A stretch of 43,050 bases of DNA from sequence record KF811200.1; one strand, given 5' to 3'. Shown here in pieces: positions 18,531-27,171 of this stretch. Source of the stretch: Acinetobacter phage IMEAB3. Each line of letters begins with the position of its first letter. Position 1 is the stretch's first letter. Made by a program: the position numbers and the translations under genes. Below the pieces are notes generated by a model. It saw nothing but the letters and a program-made list of their open reading frames with translations, was not told the DNA's origin and did no database searches.

Positions 18531-19054
18531 GTGATTTCTAGTGTCGCAAGCGACGACATAAACTTAAAACCGTCGTCGTTAGGATACTTATTTTGTTGGT
18601 CTTCGTTAGTATAGCGCGAATTAACAGACTTAGCCCAGTTAATCAAGCGGCTAGACGCAGACGTTGACACCGTAACGACTTGCCCGATTTCCATCGCTAA
18701 CGAATCAATTGTCCCACCGAACCACATGATCAAATCGGTAATAGGTAAATTGTTTTCGTCGAATAACATAACGTAAACATTGACGGGCTTGTTACGCGTA
18801 TTTTCGTTCGCAACATAGTTCGTCATGTCGGCAGGGATTGCCGTTAATGTAAATTTCATGCTAGGCGCAACGGTTCCAGTTTGCACCGTATATGCTGAAA
18901 TTGTGCCAACGGTAATCAGTCCGAAAAACTCTTTTCCGTCGGCTGTAATGGTTCTGTCCGCAGTACATGCGCGAAAATGTCCATCGTCGAATTCAATGTC
19001 AACAAAGAAAACAGGACGAACAATATTGGCGGTAAATTCTGGAAAATTCATCAT
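18518..19054 (-). CDS. minor tail protein (178 aa), paralogous to the C-terminal domain of the upstream 910-aa protein
   Basis: alignable over ~170 aa with the C-terminus of 19058..21790; both end ...YPNDDGFKFMSSLATLEITWGG / YPDDDGFSFMSSMANLKLEWGE. Confidence 0.5.
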   Translation of the reverse strand: MMNFPEFTANIVRPVFFVDIEFDDGHFRACTADRTITADGKEFFGLITVGTISAYTVQTGTVAPSMKFTLTAIPADMTNYVANENTRNKPVNVYVMLFDENNLPITDLIMWFGGTIDSLAMEIGQVVTVSTSASSRLINWAKSVNSRYTNEDQQNKYPNDDGFKFMSSLATLEITWGG

Positions 19055-19057
19055 AAG

Positions 19058-21790
19058 CTATTCGCCCCATTCTAGTTTTAAATTTGCCATCGAAGACATG
19101 AAACTAAACCCGTCATCGTCTGGGTATCGCAATTGCTGAAAGTTATTAGAGTAACGAGCCATTGAAGCACGCGCCCAGTCCGAAAGACCAGAACGAACAC
19201 GAATGGAAATAGTAGCGGTGTTATTCTCAAACTGTACGTTATTGTCAATGATGTCGCCTTCGCCAATAACTTTCGGGTCGGTAATCATGTAACCCGACTG
19301 GTCAAGTAAAGTCAGCATCATAATGACGCGTTTGTTACGCAAGTTTTCCGTCGCTTCTTCAACAAGTAATGTGGGCACACCTTGCAAAGACATTTGCCAA
19401 CCAGATTCCGCGCCCGCCATGTTCTCAATCATCGGCTCTATTGTCCCAAGACTTGCGACGGCTAAATAGTTGTGTCCGCCATACGTGACATTTTTATCAC
19501 CTGAATTAACGAAAATATCGTCGCCTATTTGAATCAAATAAACAGGTCGTAATATGTCATCGTCAATGTGTTCGATTTGTCTTAATGGCGGTAACGGCGG
19601 TTGTACTGCGGGTTGATCACCGATAACAGTGTCGTCATATAAGATGCCGTCGCGAATAACCTGCGGATATGCCCACACATAAATGTACGGGATTTGCCAT
19701 TCAATCGCGTTTCGCGCTGCAATGTTACAGGACGCCCAAACCCAAGTTTGGTAAGCCGAGTTTACGAAACCAATGAAGTAATGAACTACTGACAACGGAT
19801 AACCAAGTTTAACCGTCGCAGCTTCAAGCGTAAGCGGCAATAAATCAAGCTCGCCGTTAATAATCCAATCGTAATCCTCAATCTGTACGAAATCGTAATT
19901 CGGATAAATCCAATAATTGATAGGAAAGTTAATAATCCGCAAGAACTCCGACGTCGGGTTCATAATCTGCGGGGTGAAGAATAACAGCGTCGCTTCACTG
20001 GTCGGATAAGCTTCTTTGACTCTGTCGCGAATGTAGTTAGTCGACTGCCCTAACTTATCACCCAACCATTGCAAATATGGTAACTGTTCTGGTGTAATCG
20101 GTTGACGGTAATCGGTATAATACGGCTCTGGTACGTCGTTACCTGTTTCGGCTTTATAGGTCGACTTTGTAAGTTCGTCATAAATACACGGCGCACCGTT
20201 CGAATAACTACCGTCCCACCACCACGGTTCTCCGATCTGAAACATTAGCTTGTTGATGCCCGCTTCGTCTAACAGTTTCAAACCGTGTTTAATTACCCGC
20301 CCCATGTATTCTAAAACTTCGGTATTGGTAATTACAATGAACGAAGACGGCGGAACCCATCCCGAAAGCGCAGGGCGTCCGTATGCGTCGCGTTGTTTCC
20401 ATTCTTCGGGCATATAGCTATTAAGAATTTCGTATGAAGTCGACCAAATAAACGTATATCCGTAAATCTGCATTTGTTCGAACAAGTTGCGACACCAAAC
20501 TTGTGTAGGGTAATTAAGCGGTTCGGCTGCGTCCTTCGTAACCTTGTTAATGAAGTCCGTCGAACCACCAGTCGAAAACGCTTTGAAGTAATGCGACATA
20601 CCCATGTAAATAGTGAAATGACCGCGATAACCTAAGTTGTATGTGTTGTCGACTTGTCGGTACGGTGTGATGTTGTATGTATCATCGTAACCGCTAGTCA
20701 TTTCCATGTCGTGAACTGGTTGCGGATAAAAACGACGTCCAATTAGTCGGCGGCTGCCAGTGGTTGAAATACCGCGCATCTTAAATAAAATAGACTCGTT
20801 ACCGATAGCCGTGTCTTTAGTAAGGCTGACAGCGGACGCACGCGAACCAATGAAACACGCACCTTTATAACCTCCGCCGTCAATCTTGATTCGTCGCGTC
20901 GTTGTTCCGTCGCCTTCCCATTCCGTTACAGGGATGTTAATAATCTGCTGTTCGTAAAAATAAAACGCCGCGGGGTTAGCTTTGTCGGCTGCCTGCCCGT
21001 CGTACTCCGTCGGTTGAGCAATCGAAGCTTGAAGAACGTCACCTTTACCCAGTCTTACATTAGGGTTGACATTCTCAATTGTCCAATAGCTAATATCTTC
21101 GGTCGCGTAAATCTTTAGAACATCAAACCAGTATTCCAAACGACCCGCACTTTTTAACGTAGCGTTAGCACCTAAGCCGAACGTCGGCGGTGTAATCGAA
21201 ATGAATAATTGGTCAATTGTCGTCGGGTCTACTTTTTCTTTTTCGTAATTATAACCAAGAAAGATATTATCGAAGTCAATGACGAAATAGTGTTCACCTG
21301 CATTAAGCGCGGGCGCACCGTTAGGGAATACGTCAGATACTTCGAAACTTAACCCAGTCCCGTTACCCTGAAAGCGTGAGTCAGTGACGTCGGACACTAA
21401 TTTAGTGCCGTTGATCTTGTAAGGAAATAAGCGATATACTTGACCGCCACCACTCGACGAAAAAGTGACAGTAAAGCCGTAAGGGTCTGTCGGATTAGCG
21501 ACAAACCCCAATTTAACGCCCGAATAGTTTTTGTCTTCGATGTACGAAAGTACAGGATGACCGAATTTATCGCGTGACGTCCACAAAATACCTGCAAGGT
21601 CGCGATTAGATCGAAACTCGCAATTGACTTCGAATTCTGTTTCCGACTCGCTAACGATTGTACAAATCGCAGTAAGGGGAAAATCTAAATGCCAATAGCG
21701 AGCGTCGAAACGTTGTATCGTTGTATTTGCGGGCGGTAGTGTGTCGCAATACGCGCTAGAGAACGCCATATAATTGTTCCGTGAACTCAA
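19058..21790 (-). CDS. tail tip / hub protein (910 aa) with large central domain and C-terminal paralogous domain
   Basis: position after tape measure and distal-tail-like ORF; Trp-rich central region (EPWWWDG) may be enzymatic but is unassigned. Confidence 0.55.
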   Translation of the reverse strand: MSSRNNYMAFSSAYCDTLPPANTTIQRFDARYWHLDFPLTAICTIVSESETEFEVNCEFRSNRDLAGILWTSRDKFGHPVLSYIEDKNYSGVKLGFVANPTDPYGFTVTFSSSGGGQVYRLFPYKINGTKLVSDVTDSRFQGNGTGLSFEVSDVFPNGAPALNAGEHYFVIDFDNIFLGYNYEKEKVDPTTIDQLFISITPPTFGLGANATLKSAGRLEYWFDVLKIYATEDISYWTIENVNPNVRLGKGDVLQASIAQPTEYDGQAADKANPAAFYFYEQQIINIPVTEWEGDGTTTRRIKIDGGGYKGACFIGSRASAVSLTKDTAIGNESILFKMRGISTTGSRRLIGRRFYPQPVHDMEMTSGYDDTYNITPYRQVDNTYNLGYRGHFTIYMGMSHYFKAFSTGGSTDFINKVTKDAAEPLNYPTQVWCRNLFEQMQIYGYTFIWSTSYEILNSYMPEEWKQRDAYGRPALSGWVPPSSFIVITNTEVLEYMGRVIKHGLKLLDEAGINKLMFQIGEPWWWDGSYSNGAPCIYDELTKSTYKAETGNDVPEPYYTDYRQPITPEQLPYLQWLGDKLGQSTNYIRDRVKEAYPTSEATLLFFTPQIMNPTSEFLRIINFPINYWIYPNYDFVQIEDYDWIINGELDLLPLTLEAATVKLGYPLSVVHYFIGFVNSAYQTWVWASCNIAARNAIEWQIPYIYVWAYPQVIRDGILYDDTVIGDQPAVQPPLPPLRQIEHIDDDILRPVYLIQIGDDIFVNSGDKNVTYGGHNYLAVASLGTIEPMIENMAGAESGWQMSLQGVPTLLVEEATENLRNKRVIMMLTLLDQSGYMITDPKVIGEGDIIDNNVQFENNTATISIRVRSGLSDWARASMARYSNNFQQLRYPDDDGFSFMSSMANLKLEWGE

Positions 21791-22373
21791 ACTGTGCCGA
21801 TACTATAACACCGTCGATGCTCACATTGCCACCGCTTGTCAATGAAACACTGACGCACGGATTGACCGAATTAATAGGCGTCCCGTTCACAGGGGGATTT
21901 CGTAACGGCGGGCTAATCGGAATTAATGCGTTTCCGCTTGCGTCGCTGTCAACGGGCGCTGTTACGATGTGCATTCGGTACATTCCATCGGTACACAAGT
22001 AGCTTAACTGGTCGCCATATTCGAACAGCCTAGTCGAAGCGGTGAAACCAGACGCCGCAAGATTTCCCCCGACTTGGTTCGCACCACTGACGACAGGCGT
22101 ACCCATTTCGGTAGATCGTCGCGGAATATAACTATAGTCTGTAATGTGGGCAACTTCTGCGCCGCCACGTAACTGCGCTTTAACTGCCTTTAACAAACGG
22201 CTGTGTTTCATGTGTAAGTTTTCCCAATTAAAAGTTAACTTCCACTTTGCCCCGATCAATTCGGTAACTTGTACGCCGCCAGTAAAGGGGGATACTGCAA
22301 TCCCCACATTATTGACAATGTCGCTCGTTGCTGAATCTGGGGCGATTAATACATTTCGTAAATCAATCGCCAT
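21756..22373 (-). CDS. distal tail protein-like (205 aa)
   Basis: immediately downstream of the tape measure gene, size typical of Dit/gpM-like proteins. Confidence 0.4.
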   Translation of the reverse strand: MAIDLRNVLIAPDSATSDIVNNVGIAVSPFTGGVQVTELIGAKWKLTFNWENLHMKHSRLLKAVKAQLRGGAEVAHITDYSYIPRRSTEMGTPVVSGANQVGGNLAASGFTASTRLFEYGDQLSYLCTDGMYRMHIVTAPVDSDASGNALIPISPPLRNPPVNGTPINSVNPCVSVSLTSGGNVSIDGVIVSAQFEFTEQLYGVL

Positions 22374-22377
22374 GTCA

Positions 22378-25300
22378 TTAGCTCACTGTTGCTTTAATTA
22401 CGTTTTTCCACATACCGCCACTACGGATTGATTCCATGATGTCGCCTTGTGTTTTGTTAGAAATTGCTGTCGCTGCTTTCTCTAATGCTTCGGCGTCAGT
22501 ATCTCCCGCACCACCTTCGACATTGATTTCGTTAGTAATCTGGAAAGTTACATAAGTGCCACCACCGCCACCACTTCCCGCATTTTGTGCGTTCTGTGCA
22601 ACCGTTGAAGGTGACGACCCGTTATTCATTGCTTCAAGCATCGGGCGATATTTCTTAGTAGCCGACGCATTTACAACGAATTCTTTACCGTGTACAACGC
22701 CCGCAACTTCGTCGACTCCGATGTTACCAGTGAAACCACCAGTTTTAAAGCCGCTAATTGCCGATAAGCCTTTCGCGATTGCGACAGTCGAAGCGATACC
22801 CAAGTTCGCACCGACGGCGTTAGTACCGAACGAAGCTAACGACACCATTGCAGCCGCAGGCGACCAAGCTGCCGCGGTAGCCGCTGCCGCCGTTGCGCCC
22901 ATCGCTGTTGTTGTAGCCATTGCGGTTTTCGCTAACGCTGCGTTAACAACGTATTGAATACCGAGCTTAATAAACGAGCTAATTAATTCCGCCATCGCTT
23001 GCTGTGCAACGTTCTTTAATGATTCGCCTAAATCATCGCCGTATACAATTGCCCGACCGATTGAGTCTGCAAAGCCGTCAGTAAACGATTGAAAGAATCC
23101 CGCCCATGAATCCGACAAACCTTGCATCACACCTTGATAGTTAGCGACGAATTGCCCTAAACCTGCGACCAGTGCGTCGTTAGTTGCCATTGAACCCATT
23201 TGCATGTTTAGCTGTGCTTGTTGGGCGTTTAGCTGCGCCATTTTAATGCTATACTGTTCGGCGTTTAAACTACCGTTCGCTAACGCTTCGTTGTAGGCTT
23301 GTTGGTTCGCTAACAATGTACGTTGCTTGCCTTCGGTTTCTTCCCAGATTTGATTTAACGCATCATACTTACGTTGTTGCATATCCAAAGCGTCGACAGT
23401 TTTGCGAATCTGTTCCGCCATTGCTTCGGTAAACGGCAAGCCCGCTTGTAACGCTTGGTTACGTGCTTGAATAACTTGCGTTTCTGCTTCGTGTGCGACA
23501 CCGACTTTCTGCAATGCGTCATATTGTTCGATAGCGGCTTTCGTGAAACTATACATCGGGTTAGTTGCCTTCATGTATTCGTCGGTCGCTTTCGCAATTA
23601 ACGCGGTGTAACGTTCTTGGTTGATTGCACCTTTCGCAAGTAAATCATTCGACACACTGACTGCCGCTTCAAAATCAAGCTGCGGTTTCTTCAATTCGTC
23701 CAATGCTTTTTTATAAGCTTTTTGTTCGTCTGTAAGTTTCGCCGCAGGTTCTTTTTTAGGCTTTTTGGTTTTACCTTTCTTCGCATCGTCGTCGGCTTTC
23801 TTCAACGTGTTTACACCTGCGCCGCGAAGTGGGTCGCCTGCCGCAGCATTCGAACGATTAACCGCATGTGTTAATGCTTTACCTAAAACGGCGTTATAAG
23901 CTTTGCCCACATAATCAACGCTAGTGGCTGAACGAATACCGTCGCCCAAATCCTTAGCTAGTTGAGCGCCTGCCGCACTTGCTTTCGCCCGTGGTAACTT
24001 GATCGAAATCGCGTCAAGCCCTGCGTTCATCTTTTCGGCTACGTCTGGGGCAACGTTAGTCGCTGCCGATGCAATTGCACGCAATCCAATTTGCCAAGAG
24101 TTAATGACCTTTTCGGCTGCTGTCGCTGCGGCATTAACAACCGCTACAAATAGCACATCCATAAACGCGGGAAAGTTATTCCAAATCGTTTTAATTGTGT
24201 TGTATGCTGCGACCCAAAAGCCGATTACGAAATTGACATAAGCTTTCGCAATGTCGCCGATGCTGATATTCGTGTCGCCCCATGCTTGGGCTAATACGTC
24301 GAAATGAGCTTTCATTTGTTCAATCGCCCAATTCCAGATTTCAGACGCGAATTCGGCAACCGCGCCGACAGCTTCTTTAATATAATCCCAGACAGCTAAC
24401 GCGACGTCTTTCAACGTAATCATGCCGCCTTCAATGACTTTAATTTCGTCACCGAATGCGATGATATACGCAATTGCGCCACTAATGGCAACGGCAATCA
24501 AGCCGATAGGGTTAGACGCTAAAGCAACCGTAAACGCGACGACGGCAGAAGTTGCAGCACCTAAAGCGGCAAGTAATGGCGCACCAAATACGGCAAGTAA
24601 TGCGACACCCAGAACGGTAGCGGCAACGCCAACGATACCCATGTTTTGCGCTAAGAAGTTTAAGCCTTTCGCAAGGTTACTTGTTACGCCTAAAGCTTTG
24701 TCCATTTCACCGATTGCGATAGTCAACGACGTCTTGACATTCTGCATTGCCTGCGGAACTGTTTGCGCTGTTTTGGCGTATGTTTCGTCCGTTTTGGCTT
24801 GCATGTCGGTCAAAGCTTTTAACAGGATGTCGCTTGTAATTTTACCGTCTGAACCGAGTTGTTTAACTTCGCCGCGAGTAACGCCCATCGCTTTAGCAAC
24901 AGCGTCAAGTAACGTCGGCATATTCTCCGCAAGGCTTCGGAATTCGTCGCCTTGTAGCAAGCCCGACCCGAATGCTTGCCCTAACTGCAATACGGCGCTT
25001 GCTGCTTCGCTAGTTGTTGCGCCAGTGTTTGCAAGTTCTTTATTGATCGTTGTAATTAAGCGGAGGGTTTCTTCTTGCGATTTACCCATTTGCGCCATTG
25101 GTCTATCAAAACGAATAAACGCTTGTGAAACGACGTCGATACCTGTCGAAGTTTCGAGCGCTGTTTGTGTCAATCGTTTTAACAATGTTTCTTGCTGCCC
25201 GACTGATTCGGTAACAGTTTTGATTTTGTTGTTTACAACGGTGTATGTTGTCGCAAGGTCGAGCGCTTGTTTTGCTGCTACTGCTGCCGCCGCTAAAGAC

Positions 25301-25854
25301 AAGTATTGTTTTGCCAATAGTGCAAGGCTACCACTTGCGTTCGATGCTGCGCGGGAACTCCCGTTTAATGTTTGGTCTAGCCGTGCTTGTACCTGCTGTT
25401 GACGAATTGCGGCGGTAGCTGCGTTAGACTGTGCCGCGGCTGTTCGCTGCGTTTCAGTAGCTAACCGTTGCGTCTGGGTTGTCGTCCGTTGTGTTTCGGT
25501 TGACAATCTTGCTTGCTGTGTGGCAGTCTTCGCCGACTCTGTCTGTAAACGTTGTTGCTGTGTAGCAGTTCGAGCCGTTTCAGTCGCTAGACGTTGCTGT
25601 TGTAAGATTGCTTGCTGTGCTGCGCTATTCTGTTGCGATTGAGCTTGCGACAGACGCGACAAAGCTGACGCCGAATTATTAACCGCGCTGTTAAGGCGTT
25701 CTAATCCGTTGCCGTTAAGCATGTTAACTTGTTGTTGCAACTTTTCGACGGCGGTGTGTGCCGTTCTTGCCGAAGCTGCAATCCTGTCGATTTTCGTCGG
25801 AATCGAGGACGCGACACCGTCCTTAATTTCGACCGTTACGCTATTGTCAGCCAT
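22378..25854 (-). CDS. tail tape measure protein (1158 aa)
   Basis: size and position; Ala/Gln-rich coiled-coil N-terminal half; internal hydrophobic Gly/Ala segments; 11-residue tandem repeats. Confidence 0.85.
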   Translation of the reverse strand: MADNSVTVEIKDGVASSIPTKIDRIAASARTAHTAVEKLQQQVNMLNGNGLERLNSAVNNSASALSRLSQAQSQQNSAAQQAILQQQRLATETARTATQQQRLQTESAKTATQQARLSTETQRTTTQTQRLATETQRTAAAQSNAATAAIRQQQVQARLDQTLNGSSRAASNASGSLALLAKQYLSLAAAAVAAKQALDLATTYTVVNNKIKTVTESVGQQETLLKRLTQTALETSTGIDVVSQAFIRFDRPMAQMGKSQEETLRLITTINKELANTGATTSEAASAVLQLGQAFGSGLLQGDEFRSLAENMPTLLDAVAKAMGVTRGEVKQLGSDGKITSDILLKALTDMQAKTDETYAKTAQTVPQAMQNVKTSLTIAIGEMDKALGVTSNLAKGLNFLAQNMGIVGVAATVLGVALLAVFGAPLLAALGAATSAVVAFTVALASNPIGLIAVAISGAIAYIIAFGDEIKVIEGGMITLKDVALAVWDYIKEAVGAVAEFASEIWNWAIEQMKAHFDVLAQAWGDTNISIGDIAKAYVNFVIGFWVAAYNTIKTIWNNFPAFMDVLFVAVVNAAATAAEKVINSWQIGLRAIASAATNVAPDVAEKMNAGLDAISIKLPRAKASAAGAQLAKDLGDGIRSATSVDYVGKAYNAVLGKALTHAVNRSNAAAGDPLRGAGVNTLKKADDDAKKGKTKKPKKEPAAKLTDEQKAYKKALDELKKPQLDFEAAVSVSNDLLAKGAINQERYTALIAKATDEYMKATNPMYSFTKAAIEQYDALQKVGVAHEAETQVIQARNQALQAGLPFTEAMAEQIRKTVDALDMQQRKYDALNQIWEETEGKQRTLLANQQAYNEALANGSLNAEQYSIKMAQLNAQQAQLNMQMGSMATNDALVAGLGQFVANYQGVMQGLSDSWAGFFQSFTDGFADSIGRAIVYGDDLGESLKNVAQQAMAELISSFIKLGIQYVVNAALAKTAMATTTAMGATAAAATAAAWSPAAAMVSLASFGTNAVGANLGIASTVAIAKGLSAISGFKTGGFTGNIGVDEVAGVVHGKEFVVNASATKKYRPMLEAMNNGSSPSTVAQNAQNAGSGGGGGTYVTFQITNEINVEGGAGDTDAEALEKAATAISNKTQGDIMESIRSGGMWKNVIKATVS
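25435..25596 (-). repeat. five tandem 33-nt (11-aa) repeats within the tape measure gene (QRLATETQRTATQ-type)
   Basis: protein residues ~87-140: RLATETARTATQQ QRLQTESAKTATQQ ARLSTETQRTTTQT QRLATETQRTAAAQ. Confidence 0.7.
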
Positions 25855-26295
25855 TTAACCACCTATCTTGACTTTGATGTCTTTCATTTTGAGTTCGCCG
25901 ATTAAAACAGCACGTTCGACGAAGCCTGCCGCTTGCTGTTGCGAGTAGCCTTCGTTTAATCGTTTGATGTAAGGTTGATTGTTTGTAATGTAGATAACCT
26001 GTCCCGCCTTCTTATTCGACAGAACTTTTCGAGCCTGTGCGAGTGTTTCAGTTGCGGACATGTTTTTAGTGCTGCCAGATTCACCGACGTAATGCGCTCG
26101 ACCGACTAAACTTGTCGGACTGCCTAACGTAACAAACCATGACGATAATGCTTTCGACGTATCAACGGGGGTTTTAAATGCGAGTTCGCCGACAATAGTT
26201 AGCGCGACTTGAATTGCGGCGTCATTGGCGGCTTTGTTAACTTGCTTACTCAATTTTGACATATCGTTCGCAAGGTCTAGTAAATTTCTCGCCAT
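25855..26295 (-). CDS. tail assembly-associated protein (146 aa), possible T-like partner of a G/GT pair
   Basis: directly upstream of the tape measure; sits in the -1 frame relative to the preceding ORF; also has its own AAGGTGG RBS. Confidence 0.4.
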   Translation of the reverse strand: MARNLLDLANDMSKLSKQVNKAANDAAIQVALTIVGELAFKTPVDTSKALSSWFVTLGSPTSLVGRAHYVGESGSTKNMSATETLAQARKVLSNKKAGQVIYITNNQPYIKRLNEGYSQQQAAGFVERAVLIGELKMKDIKVKIGG

Positions 26296-26306
26296 GACGC
26301 CACCTT

Positions 26307-26636
26307 TTATTTTTTGGGGGGTTTTTTCTTAGGTGCAACCCGTTCTAAATGTGCGCTGTCCATCGCCCTTATATGTATGAATAAACATTCGAGTTGTTCT
26401 TCGTCGAATTGATAGTATTCTCCATATTCTTTGATGTTAGACCACGATATAGGGCTTAAACTTTCGCCGTAACTTCTTGTTGTATCCAAGTCGAAAAAGG
26501 CTTTTATATAAAGTTCTAGCCCGTCCATTAGTTCGGGTGCGTTGGCAATACTTTCGGGGATTGGTTCACCTGCCTGTATTGCCTGTCTTACGATTGCGCG
26601 TTCGTGCTTGCCTATACCCATTAGATACGCAAGCAC
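26307..26636 (-). CDS. tail assembly chaperone-like protein (109 aa) ending KKKPPKK
   Basis: position; the last codons AAG AAA AAA CCC CCC AAA AAA TAA form a homopolymeric slippery stretch. Confidence 0.4.
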   Translation of the reverse strand: MLAYLMGIGKHERAIVRQAIQAGEPIPESIANAPELMDGLELYIKAFFDLDTTRSYGESLSPISWSNIKEYGEYYQFDEEQLECLFIHIRAMDSAHLERVAPKKKPPKK

Positions 26637-26641
26637 TTCTG

Positions 26642-27082
26642 TCAGTTTTTTGTTTCTGCCTCAAGCTGTTCGGTTTTAAATGCCGAAGCTGATTTCGCTT
26701 GTTCTTGCAGGTCAGTGTATAACTCTGGTAGATTGGTTAATAACTTCATTGCGTTTTCGGCAGTAAACGGCGCGTAACCTTCGTCGTCTGGGTTGCCCGT
26801 TACGTCAGAAAGTGCGATGTTATCCCAACCTTTAAGAACCGCTGTAACGAATACGTCTAGGAATACTTTTTCGGCGATGTCATTCGCCAGTGTTCCGAGT
26901 TCCATCGCTTTGCGATACTTACGTGTTTTTTGGTCAAGTGTTTTGGTGTAGAAAACGTTAGCTTTCGACATACGGCTAATCCAGAACGTCGGGTTAGTTC
27001 CGTCGGCGTTTGCGCCGTATTCGATTGCAACGCCTTCCGCTTCTTTCGCTGTATCTGTTTTAAACTGTGCTGATAATGACAT
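26642..27082 (-). CDS. hypothetical tail protein (146 aa)
   Basis: ORF track 26642..27121 starts at a GTG inside the motif hairpin; ATG 27082 with AAAGGT RBS preferred. Confidence 0.4.
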   Translation of the reverse strand: MSLSAQFKTDTAKEAEGVAIEYGANADGTNPTFWISRMSKANVFYTKTLDQKTRKYRKAMELGTLANDIAEKVFLDVFVTAVLKGWDNIALSDVTGNPDDEGYAPFTAENAMKLLTNLPELYTDLQEQAKSASAFKTEQLEAETKN

Positions 27083-27113
27083 TTTGTTAGTACCTTTCGT
27101 TGATTGATTTAAG

Positions 27114-27164
27114 TTGCCCACATGTAAAGCTATACCGATAAACTCAAGCCTTAAATGTGGGCAA
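27114..27164. repeat. inverted pair of the recurrent 10-mer (TTGCCCACAT ... ATGTGGGCAA) forming a long hairpin
   Basis: 10-bp perfect arms at 27114-27123 and 27155-27164 with a 31-nt spacer; an inner AAGGCTT/AGCTTTA pairing extends the stem; no U-tract follows. Confidence 0.7.
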
Positions 27165-27171
27165 ACCCATT

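Noticed and set aside
24422-25402. 326-aa plus-strand ORF antisense to the tape measure gene
   Set aside because: Ala/Thr/Ser-rich antisense reading of the Ala/Gln-rich coiled-coil region. It has no RBS and is embedded in a gene with very strong synteny support.
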